61,797 nucleotides of DNA, from IMG/VR virus record IMGVR_UViG_3300033153_006695, positions 1-61,797 of that record; one strand, written 5' to 3'. Source of the stretch: a virus (lineage: Duplodnaviria > Caudoviricetes). The translations under genes were made by a program, and so were the position numbers. Positions 1 to 10,455 of this stretch are shown here, one piece after another. The notes below the pieces were generated by a model, which saw nothing but the letters and a program-made list of their open reading frames with translations, had not been told where the DNA came from and searched no databases. Position 1 is the first letter of the stretch. Each line of letters starts with the position of its first letter.

Positions 1-114
1 ATGACCGATATAAGCTCTGTCAAGATGCGCCATTTTATCGAAAATCTCGGACGCGAAGACGCAACCAAAAAAGAGCATTACGTACCGCATAGACTATTCA
101 AAATCAAAGAAGAC
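1..114. repeat. Terminal direct repeat (circular assembly overlap), copy 1
   Basis: 1-114 is identical to 61684-61797, and the reading frame is continuous across the junction. Confidence 0.97.
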
Positions 115-930
115 ATGTTTTATCCCGAAACAGAACATCCGGTATTACAATCGCCAAGCGTAAAAATGGTAATGCAGTTTAGAGGAACTACTATCTGGCA
201 TTTGGCTTATTGTCCTGGCATTTTCGACATCAGAAAGCGATACATAAACCATCTTAAGAAATCAGAGATGCACACAAAAGAATATCTTGATAATTGGTAT
301 ATGTCGCACTTGTTTGGATATTACCCTAAAAGTCAAATAGGCGCAATGGCAATACCGGAAACAATACTTAATGAGTTCTTGATTGACAAAGACATGCTTT
401 ATTATAAGACACACAGCACTTTAGAGGCAAAACATTTCATAATGAGCAAACAATGGATTCAATATTTCAAACCGGATACTGTTTTGGACTTGGGATGCGG
501 AATTGGTCTGTTTGGATTTGCTTTGGATAGTTACGGAATAACTTATAGCGGGGTAGAAAAATCTAAATGGGCGGTAGAAAATACCCCATATAAACATTTA
601 GACATGCTACAAGGCGACATAACAGAAAAAATCAAAGTTGACAATTTTGAGAAATATTCACATTTTGACTTAGTGCTTGTTTTAGACGTTTTAGAGCATC
701 TTGAAGAACAAGACCTCGACAAAACGCTTAATCTGATTAAGTACTATGGTAAGAACTACTTATTTAGCATACCTTACGACACAGATCCAAATATCGACCT
801 AGACATCACACATTTAATCAAGAAACCTAAAAAATGGTGGCTAGAGCAGCTAGGAAAGCACTTTAAGATTACAGACGTACCGGAAGATTTTATGTACGGT
901 CATCAATTTTTAATGGGTGAGAAGTTATGA
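1..930 (+). CDS. C-terminal part of GT2 glycosyltransferase / class I SAM methyltransferase fusion (gene starts at 61300 and wraps the junction; about 437 aa)
   Basis: VLDLGCGIG motif I, FDLVLVLDVLEHL; in frame with the GT2 N-terminus at 61300 via the terminal repeat. Confidence 0.85.
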   Translation: MTDISSVKMRHFIENLGREDATKKEHYVPHRLFKIKEDMFYPETEHPVLQSPSVKMVMQFRGTTIWHLAYCPGIFDIRKRYINHLKKSEMHTKEYLDNWYMSHLFGYYPKSQIGAMAIPETILNEFLIDKDMLYYKTHSTLEAKHFIMSKQWIQYFKPDTVLDLGCGIGLFGFALDSYGITYSGVEKSKWAVENTPYKHLDMLQGDITEKIKVDNFEKYSHFDLVLVLDVLEHLEEQDLDKTLNLIKYYGKNYLFSIPYDTDPNIDLDITHLIKKPKKWWLEQLGKHFKITDVPEDFMYGHQFLMGEKL

Positions 931-1166
931 AAGACAATCCAGTAAACGAATATTTAAGCGAAGTATCAAAACTAAAAGGAAACATAATCGCAAAAATAGA
1001 GATGGCAGACAATTTCAGTATTGATAAATCAGGAATTGCTTATAATCTGATTGAAAAGCTACAAGAATATATGTCTTATGATGATAGGATGAAAGTTATT
1101 GAGAGACTACTATTGAAAAGATACGATAGCGAAACAAGAGAGAAGATATTGGTGCTATTGAAATGA
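927..1166 (+). CDS. hypothetical protein
   Basis: ATGA-coupled to both neighbours. Confidence 0.6.
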   Translation: MKDNPVNEYLSEVSKLKGNIIAKIEMADNFSIDKSGIAYNLIEKLQEYMSYDDRMKVIERLLLKRYDSETREKILVLLK

Positions 1167-2266
1167 AGACAAAAGAATGGACTGACAATTATCATCCATT
1201 TAATTCAATGAAACATTGCAGCCAGATATACCGCTGGAAAGATATAGGACATAATATCGCACCTGCGCCAGCATCAATAAGTATAGATCCTTCTAATGGC
1301 TGCCAGTTGGATTGTGAGTGGTGCAATTCAGGACATATCAGAAACAAGAACCCAAAACAAATAAGCAAAGAAACATTAATCGAGATAGCCGAGTTCTTAC
1401 CGAAGTTCACAGAACATCCTATGTTTGGCGGTGTTGAGGCGGTTTGCATTGCAGGGGGCGGCGAGCCATTAACAAACCTAGCCACTCAGGACTTTATAAA
1501 TCAGGTATCAGAACACGGAATAAAGCCAGGACTGATAACAAACGGAATCAACCTGCATAACTTCGACATAAGCAAATGCGAATGGCTAGGAGTAAGCGTG
1601 GACGCAGGCACAAGAGAAACATACAAAAAACTCAAAGGCGGCGACTATTTCGACTTGGTAATAGACAATATAAAAAAAGCGACAAAAGTACAAGGATTGA
1701 TTTCAAAGCCAGGCAAAGCGCACGGGGTGACTTATAAGTTTGTAATGAACCCCGACAATATCAATGACATCTATCCTGCTGCAAAACTGGCAAAAGAAAT
1801 AGGATGCCGGGCGTTTCATCTCAGACCTTACGGGGTGCCATATCAGGGCAAAAGCAACCCATTCAGCGAAGACGACATAACAAAATTCAGGGAACAAATC
1901 ACCTTAGCAAGAAAACTAGAAGATAACGATTTCCAAGTATATGGTATAACCCATAAATTCGGCTCTAACTTTGAAAAATTAAACGACTTCGAGAAATGTT
2001 ACGCGGTTGCGTTTTCATGTACGATACAACCACCAACAAATCAAGGATTCAATATAACAGTTTGCTGCGATAGAAGAGGCGACCCGAAACTTACACTTGA
2101 AGACATAACAACAAAAGAACTAAAGAAATTCTGGGGTTCTAAAGAACATCTAAAACTCATAGACGAGATAGACCCCAAAAAATGTCCTAGATGCACAAGA
2201 GGACCGCATAATATTTTATACGAAAAATCAATCAGAGAGGATAACCTTGGATACGAATTCGGCTAA
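1163..2266 (+). CDS. Radical SAM protein with C-terminal SPASM/twitch-like cysteines
   Basis: CQLDCEWC (CX3CX2C), GGGEP motif, C-terminal CC...CPRC. Confidence 0.9.
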   Translation: MKTKEWTDNYHPFNSMKHCSQIYRWKDIGHNIAPAPASISIDPSNGCQLDCEWCNSGHIRNKNPKQISKETLIEIAEFLPKFTEHPMFGGVEAVCIAGGGEPLTNLATQDFINQVSEHGIKPGLITNGINLHNFDISKCEWLGVSVDAGTRETYKKLKGGDYFDLVIDNIKKATKVQGLISKPGKAHGVTYKFVMNPDNINDIYPAAKLAKEIGCRAFHLRPYGVPYQGKSNPFSEDDITKFREQITLARKLEDNDFQVYGITHKFGSNFEKLNDFEKCYAVAFSCTIQPPTNQGFNITVCCDRRGDPKLTLEDITTKELKKFWGSKEHLKLIDEIDPKKCPRCTRGPHNILYEKSIREDNLGYEFG

Positions 2267-3182
2267 TAAAAATATATCTATATTTGGTTTGGGATATGTC
2301 GGCGGTACTGCCGCACTTTGCCTTAAGAAATTAGGGTTTGATGTTTTCGGCGTTGATATAGACCCTGAGAAACAAAAACAATTCAGAGAAAAGATATGGA
2401 TTACAGACTATAAAGTTGCACTAGATAATACCGAAATGTCATTAATCTGCGTACCAACACCATGCCAGGATAACGGTAATATTGATATATCTTATGTTGA
2501 GACAGTATGCAAGCAGATAAACGACTACAAACCGGAACAAATAGTGATAATCAGAAGCACCGTATTTCCTAACCAAATAAAAAAACTTGAATCAATAACT
2601 AAAAATCTTGTAATCAACCCAGAATTCTTAAGGGAATCAACAGCCGAATATGACTTCTTTAACCCGCCTTTTATTGTTGTCGGTTCGAGAAATAAAGAGA
2701 TAAGCGAAAAGGTAATAGGCATCTATAGCGGGATAGTCGCAAAGAAATACATAACCACCCCAGAAGAGGCTCAGATGTTGAAATATGTATGTAATGTCTG
2801 GCATGCATGCAAGATCGCATTCACAAACGAAATAGGAACTATCTGCGACGGCTACAATATAGACGGAAAGAGAGTCATGGAACTGTTCAGGCAGGACAAA
2901 AAACTAAATATATCAGAAACCTACCACCGGATAGGTGAGCCATTTGGCGGTCATTGTCTGCCTAAGGATTTGTCTGTTTTTATGTTTAATTCTGATCTTG
3001 CTAAAAACCCGTTAATTCATGCGATTAGTGATTCAAATGATATAAGAATAAAACCAAACATGATTGCTGATGATTGTAGATGTATCGATAAAATAAAATG
3101 TCCATCAGATAACTCTATAATATTATCAAATGGTAATCGAATAGACATTGTAGATATTAAGAATAATGAGGAGTTGAAATAA
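2247..3182 (+). CDS. UDP-glucose/GDP-mannose dehydrogenase family protein (C-terminal domain appears missing)
   Basis: GLGYVG Rossmann motif, CVPTP, RSTV, NPEFLRE, catalytic FGGHCLPKD. Confidence 0.9.
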   Translation: MDTNSANKNISIFGLGYVGGTAALCLKKLGFDVFGVDIDPEKQKQFREKIWITDYKVALDNTEMSLICVPTPCQDNGNIDISYVETVCKQINDYKPEQIVIIRSTVFPNQIKKLESITKNLVINPEFLRESTAEYDFFNPPFIVVGSRNKEISEKVIGIYSGIVAKKYITTPEEAQMLKYVCNVWHACKIAFTNEIGTICDGYNIDGKRVMELFRQDKKLNISETYHRIGEPFGGHCLPKDLSVFMFNSDLAKNPLIHAISDSNDIRIKPNMIADDCRCIDKIKCPSDNSIILSNGNRIDIVDIKNNEELK

Positions 3183-4526
3183 ATGAAAATAAAACCAGTA
3201 TGTATAATAATACCATGCCGGAACTCAGGTGATAGTCTGGAAATGACAATCAATAGCATAATGCGTACTTTCGAGCATCCATATAAGATATTATTAATAG
3301 AAAGCGAAAGCACAGACGGAACGGCTGAATATTGTAACATTATCGCAAACGCACATCCCGATAAGATAGAAGTACATCACATACCTGCAAACGGAACTAC
3401 TATAGCGGTAAATTACGGTATAAGATGCGCAGGAGATTCAGACGTATTACTAACACAAGATGATGTAATATTCCATAAATTTCTAGGTCGTGACATGCTT
3501 TATGAGATGGTTGAGGTTTCTAAAAATGCCGACTGCGGCATAATATCTGTAGAGAACGGGGGCGGTAAATCAGGACCCATATATTCAGACGGCTTTAATT
3601 GGATAGGAACGTGGTGCATGTTCATACCAAGAAAGACCATTAACAAGATAGGTCCATTGGATGAAGTATTCAACCCAGGTGACGGTGACGATATAGATTA
3701 TACGTATAATGTATATGCAAATAACCTTAAAGTCTATAAATTGGATATATTTGTAGAGCATCATAGAAGATTCAATGTAGACCAGCACGAACACGAATCA
3801 CAGAAAATAAAAAAGCGAAACTCATTATACTTCAAGAAAAAATGGAATCTGGACAAACCCCCAGAATGCGTAGATATGGTGATAAATAATATTACCCATA
3901 GATTCGACAGATTTACGTTGTTAGATGAAGGCTACCAGATAGATAAACTAGGATATGTGCATCATGACAAAGAAGTATTTGAAATGATCACAAGAGTTTC
4001 CAAAAAGATGAACGATGACGATATAATGATAGATGTCGGCGCAGGAGTAGGCGACACATCGGTATGGCTTGACAAAGGAACATGCTTTGCATTTGAACCG
4101 TCAGGCAGATGTTACGCGCACTTGCTAACTAACATGAAACTAAACCCTAAAAACAGAGTAATCCCGATTATGGCGGCTGTTTATGATAAGTCTATTCATT
4201 ACGAATCAATAAAAGGCGAGCATTACGGTCTTGACTCGATAAAAGAGACAACCGACACAACAAAACCGAAAGCCATAATACTTGACGTTATGTTTCAAGA
4301 TGTTCCTAATATCCGGTTGATTAAGATTGATGCTGAAGGCGCAGATTTGAATGTCTTGAAAGGCGCAGTTGGTATAATAAAAAAACATAAGCCTGTTGTT
4401 ATAATCGAGACGAATCATGTTGAAAAAAAAGAAGTAGAAAAGATATTATTGGATTTAAATTACAGTCTGGCTAAAAGCGCAGGAATAAACTGTATCGGTA
4501 TACCGATAAAAGAGGTAATTAAATGA
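3183..4526 (+). CDS. GT2 glycosyltransferase fused to FkbM-family methyltransferase
   Basis: IIIPCRN, ESESTDGT, QDD; then IDVGAGVG, AFEP, IKIDAEGAD. Confidence 0.88.
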   Translation: MKIKPVCIIIPCRNSGDSLEMTINSIMRTFEHPYKILLIESESTDGTAEYCNIIANAHPDKIEVHHIPANGTTIAVNYGIRCAGDSDVLLTQDDVIFHKFLGRDMLYEMVEVSKNADCGIISVENGGGKSGPIYSDGFNWIGTWCMFIPRKTINKIGPLDEVFNPGDGDDIDYTYNVYANNLKVYKLDIFVEHHRRFNVDQHEHESQKIKKRNSLYFKKKWNLDKPPECVDMVINNITHRFDRFTLLDEGYQIDKLGYVHHDKEVFEMITRVSKKMNDDDIMIDVGAGVGDTSVWLDKGTCFAFEPSGRCYAHLLTNMKLNPKNRVIPIMAAVYDKSIHYESIKGEHYGLDSIKETTDTTKPKAIILDVMFQDVPNIRLIKIDAEGADLNVLKGAVGIIKKHKPVVIIETNHVEKKEVEKILLDLNYSLAKSAGINCIGIPIKEVIK

Positions 4527-4648
4527 GAAAATATCATAAAGTACCATGTGGGCCACATAAAGGAATGTTTATGTGTGTTGGCGGGACCGTTGTAGGCAAA
4601 ACAGAAAAAGATTGTGAAGACTTTGAAAAAGAATATTATGGTGATTAG

Positions 4649-5755
4649 ATGGTAGAACAATGGACAAATGATTTCAATCCTTTCAACTGGACTAAATACT
4701 TTGCACAGATATACCGATGGAAAGAGATAGGCAAAACTCCCGCACCGGCTCCGGCGATGGTTAGTATCGACCCGTCAAACGTATGCCAACTAAATTGTAT
4801 CTGGTGCAACAGTGTCTATATCAGAAAACAAAACCCGAAAATGATAAGCAAAGAATCATTATTAGACATAGCAAACGGATTAAAGAACTTCACAACTCAC
4901 CCGACATGGCACAATGTAGAGGCAGTATCTATCGGTGGGGGTGGCGATCCACTTACAAACCCCGCAACACAGGATTTTATAAATAGAATAGTAGAGCTTG
5001 GAATAAAACCGTCAGTAGTAACTAACGGTCTGGCACTTGACAAATTCGATTTAAGCGGTTGTGAATGGGCGGGGGTAAGCGTAGATGCCGGCACAAGAGA
5101 GACATTCAAAAGACTCAAAGGCAAAGACTGTTTCGATAAAGTAATCAACAACATAAAAAAACTAACAGAAGTCAAAGGCACAGTAAATAATCCACAATTA
5201 GGTCACGGTATAAGCTATAAGTACGTCATGCATCCTGAAAACATAGATGATATATTTGAAGCTGCAAAAGTAGCAAAAGAGATAGGATGCCGGAACATAC
5301 ATATAAGACCGTTTATGATCCCGTATAAAGGTCAAGGCAGCGCATTTTCAGAAGGTGATATAAAAGAGTTCAGATTCCAACTTAAAAAATCCAGAGAGCT
5401 TGAAGATGAGAACTTTTCAGTCTATGGCATAACCCATAAGTTTGACGGTCATTTTGTAGGCAAAAACGACTTTAAGAAATGCTATGCTATTTACATGACC
5501 TCAACATTCCAGCCGCCAACTACAGACGGAAAAGGATTTAATGTACTTCTATGCTGCGATAGAAGAGGTGACCCCAGACTAACACACGAAAACATGACAA
5601 TGGAACAATTCAAGAAATACTGGGGTACAAAAGAGCATCTAAATATCGTAGACCATATTGATCCTCAGAAATGTGAAAGATGCATAAGGACCCCGCATAA
5701 TAAGATATACGAAAAAGCTATAATTGAGAATAATATGTCTTATGAATTTGCGTGA
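4649..5755 (+). CDS. Radical SAM protein, close paralog of 1163..2266
   Basis: CQLNCIWC, GGGDP, CCDRRGDP shared with the paralog. Confidence 0.9.
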   Translation: MVEQWTNDFNPFNWTKYFAQIYRWKEIGKTPAPAPAMVSIDPSNVCQLNCIWCNSVYIRKQNPKMISKESLLDIANGLKNFTTHPTWHNVEAVSIGGGGDPLTNPATQDFINRIVELGIKPSVVTNGLALDKFDLSGCEWAGVSVDAGTRETFKRLKGKDCFDKVINNIKKLTEVKGTVNNPQLGHGISYKYVMHPENIDDIFEAAKVAKEIGCRNIHIRPFMIPYKGQGSAFSEGDIKEFRFQLKKSRELEDENFSVYGITHKFDGHFVGKNDFKKCYAIYMTSTFQPPTTDGKGFNVLLCCDRRGDPRLTHENMTMEQFKKYWGTKEHLNIVDHIDPQKCERCIRTPHNKIYEKAIIENNMSYEFA

Positions 5756-5764
5756 AGTGATTGA

Positions 5765-5980
5765 ATGAAGACTTTGAATGAATTTTATATTTTGACAATA
5801 AAAAAGACCCATCTTGGAGAACGTCTTGCTAAATTTAGAAAAACTGTAGACAAAGAAGAACTAAGACAATCAGCAATAGACGATATAAAAGTAATATCTA
5901 AAAATACCCCTAAAGTTGCCATGATTCTAAAATGGTATATTATGGTAAAATTCAACATAACAGAGGACGATTTAAAATGA
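5765..5980 (+). CDS. MKTL/LRQSAI/FNITEDDLK paralog family protein 1
   Basis: Shared motifs with ORFs at 6654, 10456 and 20871. Confidence 0.7.
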   Translation: MKTLNEFYILTIKKTHLGERLAKFRKTVDKEELRQSAIDDIKVISKNTPKVAMILKWYIMVKFNITEDDLK

Positions 5981-6657
5981 AACCTGCAATAGTAATACCC
6001 GTATATAATGGAGGAAAGAGTTTGGTAGCTACCATAGATAGCATACAAAGCAGTACAAATAATTATTCAAGAATAATACTCATAGAAAGTGGCAGTACTG
6101 ACGGCTCTGACAAAGTATGCGACGCATACGCTAAAAGATACGAAAGAATAACCGTAATCCATGAAAAAGAACGAAAAGGCGCAACAAACGCAGTCAATAC
6201 CGGCATAAAAGAAGCTGGAGACCTGGACGTATTACTAACACAATCAGACGTTTTATTTCCCAAAAAATACGAATCAGACTGGCTGTTTGAGATGGAACAA
6301 TCAGCAAAATATAATAAAGATTGTGGGCTTGTTACAGTGTTTGCAGGTGGCGGTACAAGCGGCAAGGATTATGTAGATGGATTTGTATGGATTGGTACGT
6401 GGTGTATGTATCTGCCAAGAAGCACAATCAATAAAGTAGGATTGTTTGATGAGATGTATTCCGGTCCCGGAGATGATATAGATTATTGTTATGCCATCAA
6501 AGAAGCAAAATTAGTTTATTATATGATAAATTACTGGGTTGACCATCATAGAAAGGTTACAAATCACACTCCAGATGACAGTATAGGAAATATCATAATT
6601 GCGGATATTCAAGATACAAACGGGAAACTATTCAAAAAGAAATGGGGATTAAAATGA
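5977..6657 (+). CDS. GT2 glycosyltransferase (paralog of the 3183 N-domain)
   Basis: IVIPVYN, ESGSTDGS, GDDIDY; start at the ATGA overlap. Confidence 0.88.
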   Translation: MKPAIVIPVYNGGKSLVATIDSIQSSTNNYSRIILIESGSTDGSDKVCDAYAKRYERITVIHEKERKGATNAVNTGIKEAGDLDVLLTQSDVLFPKKYESDWLFEMEQSAKYNKDCGLVTVFAGGGTSGKDYVDGFVWIGTWCMYLPRSTINKVGLFDEMYSGPGDDIDYCYAIKEAKLVYYMINYWVDHHRKVTNHTPDDSIGNIIIADIQDTNGKLFKKKWGLK

Positions 6658-7193
6658 AAACATTGAAAGATTTGTATAATGAATATGATGCAGAATTAGA
6701 GATTAATGGAAGTGTAGAGCCATTGATTTATTTTAAATGTTTAAAATGCGGGGATGTTAAAGAAAATTCAGAATTTGATAGAGAAATTAAAGAATATCCA
6801 TATAATCAAATCAAACAAACCGCAATAGAACAAGTTAAATCATTGAATAAAATCTTAACGATGGTTCCTAGTATAACAGTTAATCTTGGTGGTGATGCCG
6901 TAAATAAAAGGAATTATGTTTCTATCTATCCGATGATAAAATATAGTACAAGAAAATGTCGTGATTTGGAAGCATATATCAATAAAACAGGTAAAACAAA
7001 AAATGAAGTATTAATAGAACTAAAAAATATGATTTCTGATTATGAATCAAAACGGTCAGAACAAGAAAAACTTTTAAATTCATTCGGATTAGAACGAGAA
7101 TATTGCGAAGGTTTTGAAACATTCGACCATGTAATCCATATCAGAGATTATATCATAAGATTCAATAATTTAACAGAGGTAGATTTAGAATGA
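6654..7193 (+). CDS. MKTL/LRQSAI/FNITEDDLK paralog family protein 2 (with long inserts)
   Basis: MKTL, IKQTAIEQVK, FNNLTEVDLE. Confidence 0.65.
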   Translation: MKTLKDLYNEYDAELEINGSVEPLIYFKCLKCGDVKENSEFDREIKEYPYNQIKQTAIEQVKSLNKILTMVPSITVNLGGDAVNKRNYVSIYPMIKYSTRKCRDLEAYINKTGKTKNEVLIELKNMISDYESKRSEQEKLLNSFGLEREYCEGFETFDHVIHIRDYIIRFNNLTEVDLE

Positions 7194-8365
7194 AAGACAA
7201 AATATTCAAAATCTACGACAGAATGACAAAGAACATAAGTGTATGGCGAGATTATCTAAGTAAATATGAATATACGAATTATGCAAAACTAAAAGAATTA
7301 CAATTATCTAGAATTACCCCACATTCATGGATACATTTTGGATATCATCATCTTACAACAAAAGAAGAATTACGCAATTTCAAACCAATCCTAAAAGGAA
7401 ACGAAACAACACACTTCTCATCAGGTTCTACAGGCGAACCGCTTAAGACATACGGACCTCATTTCTTACAGTCAATAAAACCCGCAGTATTCGAGCGAGC
7501 TTGGAAATCTGTCGGATGGAACGGCAAAGACAAAATACTAAGACTAACCGCCGGACAACCTCAATGGGAAGTTTTCGACTGGCTGAGAAACGTAAAACCC
7601 ATGAATTATAGAACCGTAAACAAAAAACATTATAACTGGATTATCAAAAACAAACCGTTTTTAATACACGGCGGATCAGGCGCAATCAGAGAAATCACAA
7701 CAGGCATGATAAAACTAGGCAAAGAAGAAATACTAAAAGACATCACATTATACCTTATGAGTGAAGACACCAGAGCGCATACAAAATACTTGAAGAAATA
7801 CTACAAAAACGTATATTCGGGATATGGGTTAGCAGAACTATGCACGGTGGCTTCACAATGCAAATATGGAAACTATCATGTAAACATGGAGACCTGTATA
7901 GTTGAAACAATCAAAGGCGAGATAGTAGTTACTGATTTGTTCAATAACATTACTCCTGTTATTAGATATAGAACTAAAGACTACGGCAAACTCAGGAAAA
8001 GCGATTGTCCATGCGGACGAAATCACGACATACTCTATGATATAGTCGGTAGAGGGATTGATTATTATGACGGAAATAAAACAAAAAAACCTATTGGATG
8101 GTGGATTTTGTCGCCATTGTCGAATAATTACGGCTCTTTTATCAATCAATGGAAAGTAAAAATTGACTTGAAGAAAAACAAGTTTATTCTTTATGTTGTC
8201 TGGAATGAAAAAAGTATAGTTAATCCAAAAGTGGGTAAATCTGTTGAATTAACATCATACAAAGAATGGATAAAAAAAGAATCAGGATTAGACTTAGTAA
8301 TCAGAACAAAAAAGAGTATGACGAATAAAAAACGCATGAAATTATTGGAGATTGTGGGTGATTGA
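7190..8365 (+). CDS. Phenylacetate-CoA ligase / F390 synthetase-like adenylating enzyme
   Basis: SSGSTGEP P-loop, YGLAE, PVIRYRTKD, CPCGR. Confidence 0.85.
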   Translation: MKDKIFKIYDRMTKNISVWRDYLSKYEYTNYAKLKELQLSRITPHSWIHFGYHHLTTKEELRNFKPILKGNETTHFSSGSTGEPLKTYGPHFLQSIKPAVFERAWKSVGWNGKDKILRLTAGQPQWEVFDWLRNVKPMNYRTVNKKHYNWIIKNKPFLIHGGSGAIREITTGMIKLGKEEILKDITLYLMSEDTRAHTKYLKKYYKNVYSGYGLAELCTVASQCKYGNYHVNMETCIVETIKGEIVVTDLFNNITPVIRYRTKDYGKLRKSDCPCGRNHDILYDIVGRGIDYYDGNKTKKPIGWWILSPLSNNYGSFINQWKVKIDLKKNKFILYVVWNEKSIVNPKVGKSVELTSYKEWIKKESGLDLVIRTKKSMTNKKRMKLLEIVGD

Positions 8366-8366
8366 T

Positions 8367-8552
8367 ATGGAAAGTAAATATATAATACACTTGAAAAATG
8401 TACCGCCAAAAATAACAGAAGAATTCAGTAAAAAACTAAAAGAATTTTATACTAAAAAGAATCAGCCCTTTACTATTGCAAGTGGCGATATGGCTATAAT
8501 CGACTTACATACAGGCAAACAAATATATCCTGAATTAAAAAATAAAAATTAA
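8367..8552 (+). CDS. hypothetical protein
   Basis: ORF with GGTGA RBS. Confidence 0.55.
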   Translation: MESKYIIHLKNVPPKITEEFSKKLKEFYTKKNQPFTIASGDMAIIDLHTGKQIYPELKNKN

Positions 8553-8567
8553 CCTAAAAGTGATTGA

Positions 8568-8912
8568 ATGAAACCAGAAAATAAAAAAGAAATCAAACCG
8601 GAAAAACCAAACAGAAAACGATATGCAATAGACTTCGATAATACCTTAACAGTTGGCGATAATAAACCATGGGTAGAAGACGACAGACCAAAACCAAACA
8701 AGAAGAATATAGAAATAGTAAACCAGTTATTCTTCAAAGGAAACACAATAATAATACACTCATCAAGACCGTGGGAGTTCGCAAGAAAGACAGTCGCATG
8801 GCTGATAGAAAATGAGGTATTATATCACGGTATAAACTTTGGGAAAGCGAATGCGCATGTGTATGTTGATGATCGGAATATGAGTATCAAAGAATTCGAG
8901 GCATTAAAATGA
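8568..8912 (+). CDS. Cap-less HAD-superfamily phosphatase (capsule-biosynthesis type)
   Basis: IDFDNTL motif I, SSR motif II, K...YVDD. Confidence 0.85.
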   Translation: MKPENKKEIKPEKPNRKRYAIDFDNTLTVGDNKPWVEDDRPKPNKKNIEIVNQLFFKGNTIIIHSSRPWEFARKTVAWLIENEVLYHGINFGKANAHVYVDDRNMSIKEFEALK

Positions 8913-9988
8913 TATTTGGAAAAAAAGAAACCCGATTATTCACAGCAGGACCCGTAAACGCATCTAAAAGCATTAAGAAACTAATACCATTCCCAGAGAT
9001 AGGACACAGAGAGCCAGAGTTTGAAGACCTATACAAAAGCGTAAAAGATAAACTATACAATGTATTTGACATAAAAAAAGAAGATTTCGACTTTGCTATA
9101 TTCGGCGGGTCAGGAACAGCAGCTATAGAATCAATGATTTCATCGGTAGTAACCAAGAAAATACTTGTAATAAGCAATGGCGCATTCGGAGAGAGGGCAT
9201 ATAAAATCAGTTCTATTTACAGATTACCTAGAGCATACTTAAGATACAACTGGGGCGAATATCCAGACATAACCCAGATAGAAAAACTACTAAAAGAAAA
9301 TCCAGAGATAGGATGTGTTTATATGGTACACATGGAAACAAGCACGGGTATGCTTAATCCTGTAAAAGAAGTAGGAACGCTATGTAAAAAATACAACAAA
9401 ACATATCTTGTTGATTCTGTATGTGCTATCGGCTGCGAAAAGCTAGACATGAACGAATTTAATATCGACTTCTGCGCTTTCAGTTCAAATAAAGGCATAG
9501 GCGGTCCGCCGGTGATGAGCGCTGTATGTTGCAGGAAATCTAAACTAACTAACCTTAAAAAAAGGAACATGTACTTGGATTTATCTGTTTATTTGAAATA
9601 CGGAAAGATAAACCAAACACCGTTTACACCAGCTATTCCATTATTTTATATCATGAACGAAACACTATCAGACCTGCTAAAAGAAGGAGTAAACAACAGA
9701 ATAAGACGCTATAAAGAAAACTGCGAACTATTGAAATTAAAATTAGCGCAAATAGGTTTAAAATTTCCTTGTTATCCCACAAGATATGCAAACGCAATGG
9801 TAAACATATCAATACCTGACGGGATTACATTCGGCTACATCCATGATGAGCTTAAGAAAAGAGGGTTTATTATCTATCCCGGTAAGGACGAATTAAAAGA
9901 CAAAGTAATGCACATAGCAACGATGGGATCATTGACGAAAAAAGACGTTAAGGACTTTGTGAAGAACTTGAAAGAGGTTTTGAGATGA
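8909..9988 (+). CDS. Class V PLP aminotransferase (2-aminoethylphosphonate / serine-glyoxylate transaminase-like)
   Basis: LFTAGP, GSGTAAIE, NGAFGER, VHMETSTGMLNP, SSNKG Schiff-base lysine. Confidence 0.9.
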   Translation: MIFGKKETRLFTAGPVNASKSIKKLIPFPEIGHREPEFEDLYKSVKDKLYNVFDIKKEDFDFAIFGGSGTAAIESMISSVVTKKILVISNGAFGERAYKISSIYRLPRAYLRYNWGEYPDITQIEKLLKENPEIGCVYMVHMETSTGMLNPVKEVGTLCKKYNKTYLVDSVCAIGCEKLDMNEFNIDFCAFSSNKGIGGPPVMSAVCCRKSKLTNLKKRNMYLDLSVYLKYGKINQTPFTPAIPLFYIMNETLSDLLKEGVNNRIRRYKENCELLKLKLAQIGLKFPCYPTRYANAMVNISIPDGITFGYIHDELKKRGFIIYPGKDELKDKVMHIATMGSLTKKDVKDFVKNLKEVLR

Positions 9989-10265
9989 CGGTTTACTGCC
10001 CGGACTGTAATAACAGTATGTCTGAACTTAATAATAAAAATGGAATTTATACAGTTTATTGTAAACATTGTGAGGTAATGTATAAAGGGCATATAGAAGT
10101 TAGAAGTCAAGAATACATAATACATTTTTCATTAAATATTGATGAACTATACAAGAATAAAATAATAAAATATGAATCTAGTATTGAACAAAAAAAAGGG
10201 GTGCGTAAATTAATTCATTGCGCAATTACAAAAATGAATGATTGAAAGAGGTTTTGAGATGACGG
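9968..10265 (+). repeat. 24-bp direct repeat (9968-9991 and 10242-10265) flanking ORF 9985..10245
   Basis: TTGAAAGAGGTTTTGAGATGACGG occurs twice; it contains an RBS and ATG. Confidence 0.9.
9985..10245 (+). CDS. Zn-ribbon protein
   Basis: CPDC...CKHC. Confidence 0.6.
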   Translation: MTVYCPDCNNSMSELNNKNGIYTVYCKHCEVMYKGHIEVRSQEYIIHFSLNIDELYKNKIIKYESSIEQKKGVRKLIHCAITKMND

Positions 10266-10441
10266 CGGAAAAATTGGATAAAGGATATTATTGGATTAAA
10301 TTTAAGGACTATAAAGAGCCTATCATTGGATATTATGATGCTAAAATCAGTAATTATCCTTGGCAAATAATTGGTTCTGATGAGATATATGAAGAAAAAC
10401 ATATAATGCCTTTGAGGAAAATTAAAGCAGAAGCAGAATAA
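10259..10441 (+). CDS. hypothetical protein
   Basis: ORF after the repeated RBS. Confidence 0.55.
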   Translation: MTAEKLDKGYYWIKFKDYKEPIIGYYDAKISNYPWQIIGSDEIYEEKHIMPLRKIKAEAE

Positions 10442-10455
10442 AAGGATGATTTAAA

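Noticed and set aside
1-114. Biological terminal redundancy
   Set aside because: The repeat falls mid-gene and is best explained as assembler overlap of a circular or permuted genome
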